From: the human T2T-CHM13v2.0 reference genome, Homo sapiens
Assembly: GCF_009914755.1 (NCBI RefSeq)
Contig: NC_060941.1
DNA length: 64,000 bases
Direction: 5' to 3' (one strand)
Below the pieces are notes generated by a model. That model made no database searches, was not told where the DNA came from, and saw only the letters and a list, made by a program, of their open reading frames with translations. A program made the translations under genes and the position numbers. Shown here piece after piece: positions 1 to 14,343 of the stretch. Numbering within the stretch: position 1 is the stretch's first letter; each line of letters opens with the position of its first letter.

Positions 1-366
1 TGGTATAGATGCAGGTAATGGGAGCTTAAACTAGAATAGTGAAGAGGAAGGAAAATGGCACAGTAACTTCCTAACTTGTCACCCTACTTCCAGATTTCCC
101 TACAGTCTATTCTCTAGTAGCCTTCAATACATAAATTAGACCATGTCACTCCCCTGGTCAAAACTCTCCAATCATTTCCAATTACACTTAGAGTAAGATC
201 CAAACTCTTTACCATTCCTTATGAAGACCTTCCTTTTTGGCCCTAACTAGCTGTCTAACCTCATTTTCTACCACTCTTCCCCTGCTGACTATATACCAGT
301 CATATTAGTGTTTTTGTAGTTCTTTAAACATGTCAAACTACCTCAAGACCTTTGCATTTGATATTT

Positions 367-783
367 GATATAGTTTGGATATTTGTCCCCCCAGATCTCA
401 TGTTGAAATGTAATCCCCAATGTTGGAGGTGGGGCCTGGTGGGAGGTGATTGGATCATGAGAGTGGATTCCTCCTGAATGGGTTAACGCCATCCCGTTGG
501 TGCTGTCCTCATGAGAGTACCTGAGTTCACAAGAGATCTGGTTGTTTAAAAGTGTGCAGCACCTCCCCCAACCTTATTCATGGGCTGGCTGTGTGACATA
601 CCTGCTCCTGCTTTGCCTTCTGCCATAAGTAAAAGCTCCCTGAGGCCTCCCCAGAAGCCAAGCAGATGCTGGTGCCATGTTTGTATAGCCTACAGAATCA
701 TGAGCCAATTAAACTTTTTTCTTTATTATAAATTTCCCAGCCTCAGGTATTCCTTTATAGCAACACAAGAATAGCCTAATACA
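367..783 (+). mobile_element. MaLR solo LTR (MSTA/MSTB-like)
   Basis: Starts tgatatagtttggatatttgtcccc..ctcatgttgaaatgtaatccccaatgttggaggtggggcc and ends gcaacacaagaatagcctaataca. Confidence 0.88.
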
Positions 784-852
784 CTGTTCCACCTGCCTGG
801 AATGGTATTCCTTCAGACCTTCACAAGACTCACGCTTTCATTTTATTCAGGG

Positions 853-1238
<386 letters not shown>

Positions 1239-1399
1239 TGATCTTATTTTTCTAATAGGACTTATTGGCCACCTGAAATTATGTCTTCTCACTAGAATAT
1301 AAGCTTCAGGAAGGCAAGGTCCTCACTTGTCTTACTGCTATAGCCTCAGAATTTACTACAGTAGTTATTCAATAAGTATTTAACAACTAAATGAATAAT

Positions 1400-1960
1400 A
1401 TTGCAGAGGTAGGTTATATAAAACTAGACAATAATTGACAAGAGAAACAATGATGAAGAGTAAAAATGACACTGGATTTTTGATCCTGGATTATTGGAGG
1501 TTGGTAGAACCATTAAAAATCAAGGAGTCAGCAGGAAGGACAGATCTGGGAGGTTAGGGTGGGGGAAGTTCCATATTAGACATCAAGAGATGCCAGTTGA
1601 CATCTAGAAAGAGATTGGGAGAAAGGTCAGTATTTGAAGATGTTGTTTAGGGGATTCTTCATGTAGTCTTGATGGTTGAAACCCTAATATTGTAGAGAAA
1701 GTATATAACAGGAGTGGGAGGAGAACTCATTTGGGACAGTTCAGAGGAGGAAGAGGGGCCAGATGAGGAGCAGTCAGGACGATGGGAGCAAATGAAGAGT
1801 AGATGACTGGGAAGAGAGGAAACTCATGGAGAAGGGAATTTCAAAGAAGGAGTGATAAATGCTGATAACAAGGGGACAACATGTGAAAAAAGGATTGGCT
1901 GAAATCGTAAACATTTGTGACTTTTAGAAGAGAAATTTCAGTAGATTGGTGAGGGCACAA
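1400..1960 (-). mobile_element. Old L2 fragment
   Basis: Purine-rich antisense L2-like sequence (gagtaaaaatgacactggattttt, ttgtgacttttagaagagaaatttcagtag). Confidence 0.55.
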
Positions 1961-2120
1961 ATACAATTTACTCGAACACCATTTTGAATGTCAATTTAAT
2001 CTTTCTTTTATGATTCATATGGCATTTCAGTACCTCTTAGGACCTCTTGGTCATTTCATAAATATTGGTTATGTAACACTGCAGTTTAAAAGATACAGGA
2101 TTAAGAAAAATGGTATAGGA

Positions 2121-2168
2121 TATTGTATATTGAAAATTTGCTAGGAGAGTAGATTTTAGGTGCTCTTA

Positions 2169-2216
<48 letters not shown>

Positions 2217-2340
2217 TAGCTATAGAAGGTGATGGCTATATTAATTTGCTTACTTGTAGTAATCATTTCACCATGTATTTGTATACCAAAACATCATGTT
2301 GTACACTTTAAATACATACAATAAAAATGAATTAAAAGAA
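2121..2340 (+). mobile_element. L1MA 3' end, 5'-truncated, with degenerate TSD
   Basis: gaaaatttgctaggagagtagattttaggtgctcttacc...aacatcatgttgtacac..aataaaaa. Flanks are aagaaaaatggtatagga / aagaaaaaaggtatggga. Confidence 0.85.
2170..2212. repeat. (CA)21 microsatellite
   Basis: Perfect CA run inside the L1MA. Confidence 0.98.
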
Positions 2341-2804
2341 AAAAGGTATGGGAAATTCCACTGAATCTATACTGATCCTGTAACATATGTTAAAAGTTAC
2401 TTGATTTGGACAAATTCCTGCTTATGCCCAGATTTCTGTGACTTTCTAGTGAGATGTGCTCTGATAGCTGTCATCGAAGTGTGGTTTAACTGTATGCATA
2501 GTTTTGCTAAATTGAGAAGTGCTATCATAAGAGGGAAAATGTTAGTTAGGCCAGCAATATTTTTATTTTATTTTCTGCTGATATAAAAAAAAAGTGTTAA
2601 ACTTTATTTTTGTTATTTTGAAAAGACCTGGAAAGAATGAATAAGCCGGAAAAACTGCTCATAACCCACCATGGAGAGGCAATCGTCATTTACATTTTGG
2701 CCTAATTACTTTTAGTCCTTTTCTAACTTGCTAACACTTTTGTGTGTTGTTTGTTTGTTTGGGTTTGGGTTTTTTTGGTGTTTTTTGTTTTTTGCATAAT
2801 GAAA

Positions 2805-2950
2805 GAAGCAGCATATAGTGGCTAACAGCATGGGCTCAAGAACGATATTACCCGTGTTCAAATCCTACCTCTGCCTCCTACAATCAACATAATCTTTGCG
2901 ACTTTCTTAACTTCTCTGTACCTCATTTTCCTCACCTATGAAATAGAAGA
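2805..2950 (+). mobile_element. MIR
   Basis: gttcaaatcctacctctgcc...ttcttaacttctctgtacctcattttcctcacctatgaaat core. Confidence 0.75.
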
Positions 2951-5900
2951 ACAACTGATTTTTTATAAGCTTATTCATTCTAGTATCCAGTATCCAAAAC
3001 AGAATTGATCCTATACTCTTTCCACCTTTCCAATCTTATTTATTCTGTTTTTTCCCTTAATTGGCACTCATTTGGAAGGCTTCCTACCTCTTTTATCATT
3101 TTATCTGTCATTCTCTTGATGTCCTGTAGTTCTGTCATTTTTATTTATTTGCAAATATTGTTTACAAATATAATCTGGGTTGGAAGCCAACCTTACTCCT
3201 GGAAACTGAACTAATATGAGAAACTGAGGAACCCAATTGAGAATTATACTTGTCTATAATGGCCTTAAAGTTGCATTGCAGTATGCCCTCATATTTAAGT
3301 CAAATATGGCCTGGATCTGTTCTAAAAGAAAACAGGATAATAAACTAAGTAAAGCATGTGATTGGCTGTATCACAGTTATTATCCCAGAAAGCCATTTAC
3401 CATACAGTGATAATCAAATGACTGGATGGGCTGTTAACAGTAATATGTCCCTTAGGGCACAACATTACAACTGTGTGTGCTATGTGCAGACTATGATGAC
3501 AGAAGTTTCTAAATCTAGCCTAACTGTTAACTGTTTAAGTAATCAAAATTCCTATGGAAAACAGTTTCTTCTTTTGTTTATTTCAGAAAAGGCTTAACAT
3601 TTAAGTATCTTTAATAAAGGGGTGGGAAGGAAGATCATCTTGTTAGCCTTTTGGTTAAAGTCATTGTCAAGTAGCATCAAGGCTGAACATGGTCATAAAA
3701 GATAGAATACCTTCCCTCTTAGCTTCATGATTGAAAACAAAAAGAAGCCCTAAGTTCTTCCCATTGAACACAATGGGCCCTTTGGGTATGACAATCACAG
3801 TTCTCATATCTCCCAGAGCCAACCTTGATTTCAGATGTTTTGGTACTCTTGCAATTACTCTCCTGAATTGGAGCTCAGAAAAAAATAATTGAAGTACATA
3901 TAGTATCCTTTCTTTGTGAGCAAGTTTTTTGTTAACCATATCCTTTATTGAAAATGTTTTTGCCCTGTCCTAATATTGTAATGTAAGTTGTTATTCAAAA
4001 ATGGATCTCTCTTTATTGATAAGGTGCCGATAAGGTTCTGTGAAGTGTATTGACGTACTTTGGCTTGGAGAGTTATTAAAACGTAAAATGCTATTGTTTT
4101 ATTGCTTGAGTAAATGGCGAATTGACATTAACTGAAGGAAACAGACCACTGTAGGTTTTTCTAAGTATCTTGCAGTAAATCAACCTCCAAAGACTTCCTT
4201 AGGAAGCACGTTGACTTTAAAAAATATAAGTGCAACACATGATCATAGTTCTAAAACCACCTAGCTCTTTTTTTAATCCAAAGATAGGAAAAATATATCA
4301 GTATAGAATATGGCTTTCTGTAGATTTAGAGAAAAAGCTCACCTGTTTCTAATCTAATCAGTCTTATAGTTCTTTGTATGTTTTCATTTGTTCAGGGTTG
4401 ACTAAGAGTATGGTTGCATTTGTGTAACAACTTGCCTTAGCTCATCTTAAGTTTTCTTCTAAAGAGTGTGTAATTATTTAATGCTTCCCAAATAGAAGTG
4501 CAGATTTTGTTCATATATTTTCTGAATTTTTAACTATACCCTCTTTTTTATTCTTTGGAGTAAACCTTTGTTTGTTTTCTCTTTAATAAAATGCAGTGAT
4601 ACAATTACTGCAAAAAGTTTACTTGCATATTTTAATCTGTAACCCAATCACAGTTTAAAGTAATAATTCCTCAGCGAAACTCTTCCAGTAATGAATCTGA
4701 AACTTAAATTTTAAGGCAAATGCAAAGGAATGCAGACCTGAATAATAGGAACATTTGTTATGATACAGCAATGTCATCCTCCAGCATCTAGGGTTATTTT
4801 TCAAATGTACAATTCAGGATTCAAAGCTGAACTAAATTTGACTAATCAGACATGATTTATGTTCTAGGTTTAACCATGGTTGGAAATGACAGAGTAAGAC
4901 TTTACCTTCCAATTCTTTTCTGAATTGTTGAGGAGGTTGTAGTTTGGTTTAAGACTTGGTAACCCAGTATAGGTGTAAAGACAAACTCTAGGGAGCGGTG
5001 CCTTATTTGATTGCTTCCATTTTAACTGAAATATCTGAGCTACTTATGTCTCAAGAACTGAAAAGCTTAATGAAACATACACATTTATAAACATATATTT
5101 TTAATACTCAAAGGAAATATCGCCACTTCCCAAAGACCTGATAGATGTACTCAAATCATTGCTATGGAGCATGTTTGCATTTGGGAATGTAACTTAAATG
5201 TTTTATCATCGAAATATGTTTTTGGTGTTTGTGTTATTTCTGTATACCATTAGTGCCTAAATCACAACACATAGATATATATTTACCATAATATCACATT
5301 CAGAAAACTACAAAGGCAAGCAAATGTTTTAGAATGTACCAGGCATCTCTTCTATTTAGTTGCTGACTTGCCATGTGACATGCCAAATTTCCCCATTGTA
5401 ACTCTACTACTGCCCAATGATGCTACAGACACTTAATTGGTATTTAAAACAGTTTGGGATTTCCAGATTAAAGATTTCACAGAAGCACAAATTTTAGTAT
5501 CTGGCTTTCTGTCTAGTGGTTACCCTTAGCACACACTGAATGTAAACTTCCTTATATATAACTGTAACGTGTTAAGACTGTGAAGAGATCAAAAAGGATA
5601 ATTATATGCAGTTATAACTGTCATATAAGTTAAACAAATGCAATTGCAAAGGAGGCAATTGTTAAGTTTTGTTAAAACACGATTATCTTATTTGAGTGGA
5701 AGCCAAAAAAACTTTGGGCCTTTGTGCTCTCCTGTTATAGCAGGGCTCTGTTATGTGACCTAGATTTCAAATCTCTGTAGTATTTCCTGTAGAAAAACAA
5801 TGTATTCCTTCTCTGCACACCTACCACTAATAATAAAATGAGTCAGCTACATAGAGGCACTATCTGTGTAAAGTTTTTAATGAACCTTTTATTAATGAAA

Positions 5901-6799
5901 AACAAGTACATAGTGCTATAATACTGCAGATGAGTTAATAAGATAAGCATAATTAAGAATCTTTCTAGAAGGAAATTTCTCAGGAGGTAAATATTTAAAG
6001 ATTTACTCTTAAGTTTTTTTAAAAATAATAATATGCTTTTGTGTGTACGTGAATTTCTTATTTGTGTCTGATGTAATCTTGAAATTCTTGGTAGGCAAAA
6101 ACTGTGACTCTGACATTTTACTAAGCAATTTTTTTAATCTATTGTCTCTTAGAAGAGTCTTTCCTGCTATTACAGTCTACCATATGATCTCATTTTGTAA
6201 CGGGTATTGAAGCTATGGAAAGAGAACAGCTGTCCATTTCTATTACATGTTAAGTGATGTGACAGATTTCAGCCTTTCCTCTTCTCTCAGCCAATAGTGT
6301 AAAAGATTAGTTGTAAAATTTTTTTTTCTGTAGCCCATTCAGGTTTCGATGATGACCGAAGGTCTTAGGCAACCATTGTACCATAATGTTACTGTTAGGA
6401 AACTGGATCAATTCCAGGTCATTTGACTGAATACACATCACATGATCAAGGCTTCCCAACACCCTGACTTTGACTAAATAGCACAGCTCTCATTTAAAGT
6501 TACATGTCTTTAAGAAACATAAGTCTACCCAAATTTGCTGCACTAATCGAAAAAAAAAAACAATAATTTCAGCTGTATCTAAAATAACTGAACATCTGCT
6601 TTACAAGTGAAAAACTGATCTAGCTATTTCTAAAGGTACAGATGTTTACATTATGTGGGCAAAACAACTGAATGATGGACAGAATGTTTTTAGCATTTAT
6701 TTGAATTGTTGCCATAGTCTCAGAGCATTAGTGTAAAACAGTCTCCTTTAGGTTCTGTTCTCTCCATCAGTCGTATCATCACTTCTACTCCCTTCCTTT

Positions 6800-7745
6800 C
6801 ACCAACAGATATTGATTGAGTACCTGTGTGTCAGACACTGTATTGAATGAGGAATAAAACAGACACAGTCTTCCTGGAACATATGCTTTTTAGGGAATAA
6901 CTGGACATTTTTTTGAAAGCTTACTGATGTAATTACATATAGTGGTAAGTGTTCTAAAGAGCAAAACTAAAACACTACTTATTTATTCAGCAAACATTTT
7001 TGAGGGCCTATGATATGTCACGCATTTTGCTAGGCCCATAGTATGCAAGGATGGATGAAACAGACATGATCCCTACCTTTATAGAGCTTATGATTTAAGT
7101 TGGAAAAGCAAACAATAAACAGGAAAATCAATATATATATAATTTCAAACTGAGGAAGTGCTGTGACTGTAGTGAACATGTTGCTCTGATAGAAATGGAG
7201 GAAGGACAAGAAAAGTCTGTCTTCATAGTAAGATTTAAGTTAAGATTTGAAAGATGAGTAGGAGCCAACCATCTAATGAGTTAAGGAGAAAGCATTCCAG
7301 ACTGAAGCAAAGAGCTGCCTACTCAAAGAAATGAAAGGAGGCCAGAACAGATTTACTTATTATAACGAGGAGGATTGCAGACAGGATCAGCTTTTGAGAA
7401 ATAAATTAAAACTTAACTTTGGAAAAAATTAAGTATAAGTTGCCTGTGAAACATTTAAGTCAAGATGTTATTGGCAAGTTGTCTATACCAGTCTGGAGTC
7501 AAAAGAAAGGGCTGGGATGGAGAAATAAATGTAAGAATCTTTAGCATATATATGGTTTTTAAAGCTATGAAAGTGGTGAGATCACCTAGGAGGAAAGTAC
7601 ATGTAGGGAAATAAAGAGGATCCAAGACTTAACACTAGGAACCTTTAGAGGTCTATTGAAAGAAGAAACTGGACTAAAAAGGAGTGTTCAGAAAGATAGA
7701 AGGAAAATTAGGCAAATGTACTATTATAGAAACCAAGAAAAATGG
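6800..7745 (-). mobile_element. L2 fragments (two antisense 3' ends)
   Basis: aacagatattgattgagtacctgtgtgtcagacactg, then atttattcagcaaacatttttgagggcctatg followed by L2 body. Confidence 0.7.
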
Positions 7746-7892
7746 CTTTAAATACATGTGCTTTTCAGTAGTTAAGTAACTGTCCTGATAGTAATTTTTT
7801 AAAATTTTCTCAATAAATTATAAAAGACTCCATCACCATTAGTATTTTTTAGAACCACTTTCTCCAAAAAGTGGAAGCTGTATTAACTGATT

Positions 7893-8040
7893 TATATATA
7901 TATATATATAAATATTTTATTATACTTTAAGTTCTAGGTTACATGTGCACAATGTATAGGTTTGTTACATACGTATACATGTGCCATGTTGGTGTGCTGC
8001 ACCCATTAACTCGTCATTTACATTAGGTATATCTCCTAAC
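7893..8040 (-). mobile_element. L1PA (primate) extreme 3' stub with (TA)n tail
   Basis: ttattatactttaagttctagg..acatgtgcacaa...ctcgtcatttacattaggtatatctcctaa; flanked by a repeated taactgat. Confidence 0.92.
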
Positions 8041-8049
8041 TGATCTCTA

Positions 8050-8640
8050 TTTTTAACCCACTTGCCAGATTAGCCAACTCATCCATTCTCGCTATAAAGC
8101 ACATTGATGCCCATGGGCTTGTGCCTAAGAAGCCTCTCCCTGGTACTACCATGGACTTAAACTGCTACCAGTTAAAAAATATCATTTTTATTTTCAAAAG
8201 GATTGGTGCCATTTGTGCTTATTATAAATTAGTTATATGAATATGCAAAGAAAAAGTTGTTTCTACAAAAACTAAGTAGAATGCTTTAGAGAGATCTGAT
8301 AATGGTGAGTTAATACTACTGATGGATTGTAAAGGAGTCATCTGTGAAAGATTGGGAGAAAATTATAGAAGTCTAGAAGGATTCTGCCCTTGGATTATTT
8401 TATAACCATTCTTAATTCTCAATCCACTTTAAAGAAACCCCATCTGGAAATGAGAGCTGATATATTTTTAGTATGATTTCTGAACAATACAAGAACCCTA
8501 GAACTAGAAGAACAATACAGAACACTAATCAGAAGTCAGTCAACAAAGACAAGACTTTGACCTAAAAAAGATTGGAAAATGAATATATATTTATGTGTTT
8601 TGATTTAAAAATATATAAGTATATAAAATAAAAATATATC
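8050..8640 (+). mobile_element. Tigger/pogo-family DNA transposon fossil
   Basis: Degenerate transposase HTH: KVVSTKTK*NALERSDNGE...ESSVKDWEK at about 8253-8361. Confidence 0.65.
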
Positions 8641-10578
8641 CATAAGCATATGACACTGACAGTAAATCTTCTACTGTATCTAATACAGATAAACTTTAAC
8701 TCAGTTTATGTTCTTTACCAAAATGTATTAATAAGTTATCATTGAATAAATGAAATCTTACAATATTAGTTAATTCCTTTCCTTTCATGCTTCTGATATT
8801 TAAATACCTCAAACAAAAAAATGAGTCTTTGGATATTTTGAATTTTCTAACCATATGCATATTGTGTTTCTATAGCTAGCCTTTGTATTTCTTTGCTTTA
8901 ATTATACAGAAAACGTTTTAAAATGTATTTGATGACACATCACATAAAATCATTATAATCCCACCTTTATTGTTAACATATAGCCACAGTTAAGGTTACT
9001 AAAGTGTACTTCTCAAGTAGAAAATATTATAAGTTAAAGGTGTTCTTCCCTTATTTTCTGAAATCCTCTTTAAACTTAATTTCAAGCCTTTCCCAAGATG
9101 CTTAGAGGACATGAGAAAGAGTGATTTTTAATACTGCTACCTTTTAAATGTCAGTCTTTATTGTTCTATACATTTAGCTGCAAGCATTTGTTTTTTATCA
9201 ATAATGTTTTCAAATTAAAATTCCATATTTAATAGTCAAATTGTCAGTGAGCCGTATGGGATGGCAAGTGAGCCCACATCACGTTCACACAAATGTTGGA
9301 TAACCAAATACAGTGTTGGTAGTACCTACCTATAAATAATTACATTCCATTCTATTATGTGTTGCTTAGGAGGCAGCTTCCTGCCAGAGATATGTACACT
9401 GCTTTGAGACATGATTATTATATCTAGCATCAGAAGTCTGAGGTCATCAGATAGGAAAAATAGGAAGACAAATTTTGGCTCAATTGTGAGCAAGTATCTT
9501 GGACAATTAGACCCATTCAAAAATATGAAGCTCCAAGTTTACCATCATTACAAACAGAGCCTGGAGAAATCACAAAATACTTGTAGACATACTGGGTAAA
9601 AATGGAACTTCTGAAATCTTTTCTAAATGGCTGCTGCAGAGCATTGAGTATTTTGTGCAATAAGCAGAGGTCAAGGGAGTGCATTGGAGACTGAAATCCA
9701 GCCCTTGCTGTGTTCACTCAACTGGATGCTCTGGTACAGGACTGTGTTTCCTAGAAGAAAGAGTGTTTTTTTTTTAAGTAATTTGCACAGAAGGAACATT
9801 AGCCCTACAAGTTCCATGCCCTCAGAGTTGCATCAGCTCAAAGGAGGCACTATGTTCTAGCCCTTGCACACAGAAGTGGTGCCATTTTCAACACATGATG
9901 GAATTTTTTTCTTTAGTTTTTGCAACATAAACATAGGCTAGCAGTGGCCCTGTGTTTATACATGCTGGTTTTTCCTCCCATTTCCTTCCTTCTAACACTA
10001 AGCAAATGAAATGAATTAAATATTCAATTCGGAAAATAATTTTTCAGAACCTAGTATGACTGAGGAAGATTCAGTACCCTCAAAGAGCTAGCAGTCTGTG
10101 GGAAGAGAGGAGTAAAAGAGTTGTGAAAACTATTGTAATGCAAAGTTTAAGATATTAAGTATTTTATGAATGGTACAAAGAGCTAATAGCTCAGATAAAT
10201 GAGAAAAAATATTTTAAAATCAAGAAAGCATTTATAGAGAATGAAACATTTAATGTTTGACTCTGAGAAATTTTGAATGGCAGTGATGGAACCAAAGTGA
10301 GGTTGGGGTGAATGGGAGATAAAGGAAAACTGTCATAATTGAAAAACACACTGAGAGAGAGATGAGATGCAAGATTGAAACATCTCATTATGTCATTATG
10401 AGCAACCACAATCTTGAGAAAATATCTCTGTGAATTATTAACTATGTACCCAATTGTGCTGATACCCTAGAATCCCCAGGGTCTCTGACATACTTATTTC
10501 AACAAACCTGGTAACCTTAATATCTTAATTAACCTTAATCCACTCTTCTGTTGTCTTTTTGTTTTTGTTTTTGTAATC

Positions 10579-11036
10579 TATGGCAGACTTGGTGTTTTGC
10601 CCTAGCCAGCCTGTTGTATTAGAAACTGTAAAGTCAGACAGTTGCCCTCTCAGGGGTAGCCTGCCTCACAGAGTGGCCACCCACCCCAGTTCTGGTCAAT
10701 GAGTTATAAAGTAAAGTCTGCTTAGAAACTTCTGCTTGGGGAAACTTTTAATTAATGGATAAGGACAGATGGAGCTGGGACCACCTCTTGTTCTTTCCTG
10801 CCTTCAATACGAATATGTTGCCTATAGCACTGGGGGCTTTTTACGCCCCCAAGACGAAATGTGTAGGGATCAGCCACTTAACACCTAAAGGATACTAGAG
10901 TAGAAAGATGAAAAAACCTGAGACCTTCATGCTGTGTCTAGCAACCTTTAGGCTCCTTAAAAATAAATACCTATTTGTTTTCCCAGCTACTTGGGTTATC
11001 TGTCATTTTTACCAGAAATCATTCCTAACTAATATG
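10579..11036 (+). mobile_element. ERVL solo LTR (LTR16/LTR33-like)
   Basis: cccagttctggtcaatgag, ttcctgccttcaatacgaat, agagtagaaagatgaaaaaacctg, and terminus cattcctaactaata. Confidence 0.6.
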
Positions 11037-11114
11037 CCACATTTTTTTCTAAATCCCTCCAGACAATATTGCTTTTTAAAAAATGTTGAAGATGTCTTAC
11101 TTCTTGGGACATAA

Positions 11115-11500
11115 ATCCTCAACAAACCGTTGTTAAACGTTTATTATGCACCAAAGCCTGAGCTGTGTACCAGAAAATGACACAAAGATGGATAAAACAT
11201 AGTCATTGTCCACAATCATGTTTTCCACAGGAGAATGTTAAGTGCTGTGATAGAAACTGGTACAAACCACAGAAGTACCATAGAGGAGGGGAAGATGAAG
11301 TCAGCCAAAGAAATTAGGAGAGTATGCACAGAGGAAGTATCATCTAAGCTGATTCTAGATTGATGAGCAGAAGCTCACAAGGCAGATGAAAAGAAAGAGT
11401 AACTCTAGGAAGAGATAAATGAAGGAATGGAGTCTATATTGTACAAATGCAGAGATAAATGAAGGAATGTGGTCTACACTGGCAAAAGCAAAAAGTTGAG
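11115..11500 (-). mobile_element. L2 fragment
   Basis: caacaaac..ttgttaaac..ttattatgcacc...taagtgctgtgatagaa, typical of an antisense L2 3' end. Confidence 0.55.
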
Positions 11501-12568
11501 TTGGAACATTTTATGTTTACTTTATATCAGATATGGCTATATTTAAAAATGAATTCAGATTTTACTCCATGCAGTTAATTTTATAATTAATAGAAAGCAG
11601 TCCATTTAAATTCCATCTAGTTTGAATTTATAAAAATTATAACAAGAAGCACTCAAAAGTTTAGATTGTCAACTTACATATTGAGATATGTGTCTATGTG
11701 TGCTAATGGATGACTTCCAAAGCAGATTAAAATATTAAAATTATAAGGGGATTAAAGTAAAAGAAGAAACTTTTAAGTGCTTTTGAAGCACTCTTTTATA
11801 AATAAAGTTTTGAGTTACAAGTATTTTATCCAGTCATTAAAATATATCCTTAAAGAACATTATCTCAAATCAAAGTGTACTTAAAAGTAGAAAACCAAAT
11901 TTTTTAATTAGAAAATCTTTTAGAGATTTTGCTAATTCCTCCTTTGTTTTATTCACATTTATGGGAGTTTATATTCCTTGTAAATGTGTTATCCCTCTCC
12001 TTTTTTGTCATCAGTTAAAGCAGACACACAATTTTAAGAAGAAAAGTATGCTCAAATTTTAATCTCAAAACTTGATTTGCCCAGAGAACCCCAAGATCTA
12101 ACCTAGTAGTTAGATAAGTTCTTGCCAAAGTACTTTTCATATCAGGATCCCTAAACATAGCAGCTTTTGTGTGTGTGTGTCCAGTAACTTGTTAAGATAA
12201 TTCAATAAAGGGGAAAATTTAAGGGAAGAGGTAGCAGAATTGGTGTCTGGCTTACTTGGTATGATGGACTGCATCAATTAAACCAAATCAATATGTCGAA
12301 ATAAAAATGGACTATTTATAATTGCATGCAGGTTTTTTTCCTGAATTAATCAGAAATTACTATCACTGGTCAAATGAGAGATAATTCTCATATTTCCTAG
12401 CTTCTTGTTATATAGGTTTCTTTACTAAGTGCTGCCAGACGAAGAGAAGAGATAAAAGAGTTGCAATGTAGAAATTAAATATTGTGTTCTAACGTTACAA
12501 TAATGGACTATATCTGACTGCAACAGCAAGCAGCAATGAGCAACAACAACGACAAATAGAATAGGATG

Positions 12569-12929
<361 letters not shown>

Positions 12930-13637
12930 CTAATTTCTATTAATACCTTTTATTTGATAATGATTGGTTGCTATAAATCTAGGCTATGCTGGATTGTGTC
13001 AGCCTAAGATATGACAAGAAGGTCCCAAGCCAGTCACCATGGAAAGATCTTATCAAGGGTGTTTAGGTAAAAGGGACAGTGAGGCCCCATGACACCATGA
13101 GAAGAAATAGGAAAACAGCATTATATGGGGACTTGGGAGAATGAGATGGAGGTCCAAATGATAAGACAGGCTGTGAGGTTGGAAGATGTGCAAATTGAGA
13201 AAAGATGAGCAGAGGTTCATGATGGATCAGAAAGCTTAGTCTGCAAATAAAAGATATGTGTTCAGGCCTTACTTTTGCATGGTACCTGTTTACATGCTGT
13301 TTTGGAAGGCATGACCCTTTAAAGGCATTTGCAGAATAGACTGTGATATTTATTAATAGTTATATATAAACATTTTAAAAATAAGGTAGGGAATACAATG
13401 AGATTAAATGGTTTTAGAAACACTGTTTGCCTTCCAGCCTCACAATGGATCTGCTTCAAGTGCTACATTTATCCTTCAAATTTATTTTTTACTGCATTGA
13501 TTGGTAGATTTTGTTTTTCTGAGTTCAACCTCTTTTAGAGAAGAATATGAGTTTACCTTTACAGTGTAGTCAGACTGAAGTAATTCTGTCAAGTAAGTTG
13601 ATTTAACAGTGTGCAAAATTTGGATCCATTTTTATTG

Positions 13638-14040
13638 CTGTATTTGCTCAGGCTGCCATAACAAAATATCACAGCCTGAGAGGCTTAAACAACAAAATTT
13701 TATTTCTCACAATTCTGGAGACTAGAAGTCCAAGATCAAGGTGGTGGAAAAGTAAGCGTAAGCTTCATTCGAGATCTCTTCTCTTGGCTTGTAGGTGACT
13801 GCCATCTTGCTGTGTCTTCACATGACCCTTCTTTGTACATGCACACAGAGGAGGGGTGGGGTGGCTCTTGTCCCTGTTCTTCTGAGGACACTAACTTTGT
13901 GGAATCAAGGTCCTACTCTTTATGACCTCATTCAACCTTATTACTTCCTTAAAGGCCACACCTACAAATGCAGCCATATAGCAGGGGTGAGAGCTTTACC
14001 ATAAGAATTTTTAGAGGACAGAAACATTCAGTTTATACCA
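13638..14040 (-). mobile_element. MLT1A-type MaLR LTR
   Basis: ggctgccataacaaaatatcacag..ggcttaaacaac..tttctcacaattctggagactagaagtccaagatcaaggtg. Confidence 0.85.
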
Positions 14041-14343
14041 ATACTAAACTGTTAAGCAGGTGGTAATTAATCATTGAAAGTTAACGTACAATTTATTCAT
14101 GTGTGAAAGAAAGGTCTGAGTGCAGCATTTTATACTCTGCACAGAAGCTGCTCTTTTCATTCAGCATTATTGCAGAATGACATAGTGGATGATGACTAAA
14201 GTAGAAGTTAGATTACTATGTTTTCCTCTAATTGACTCTATGGCAAAGCTCTGAAACCATTTTTGGTGTCAGTATCCAATTTGTAACATGAGACAATTAG
14301 AGGATTTCTAAAATCTCTTTTCACTCAAAAATTCTATGCATCT

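Noticed and set aside
6319-6343. Strong-looking acceptor(s) tttttttttctgtag / cattcag
   Set aside because: No good downstream donor or meaningful reading frame was found.
6349-6431. Possible C/D-box snoRNA (ATGATGA ... CTGA)
   Set aside because: There is no terminal stem and no recognisable rRNA guide complementarity. These short motifs arise by chance.
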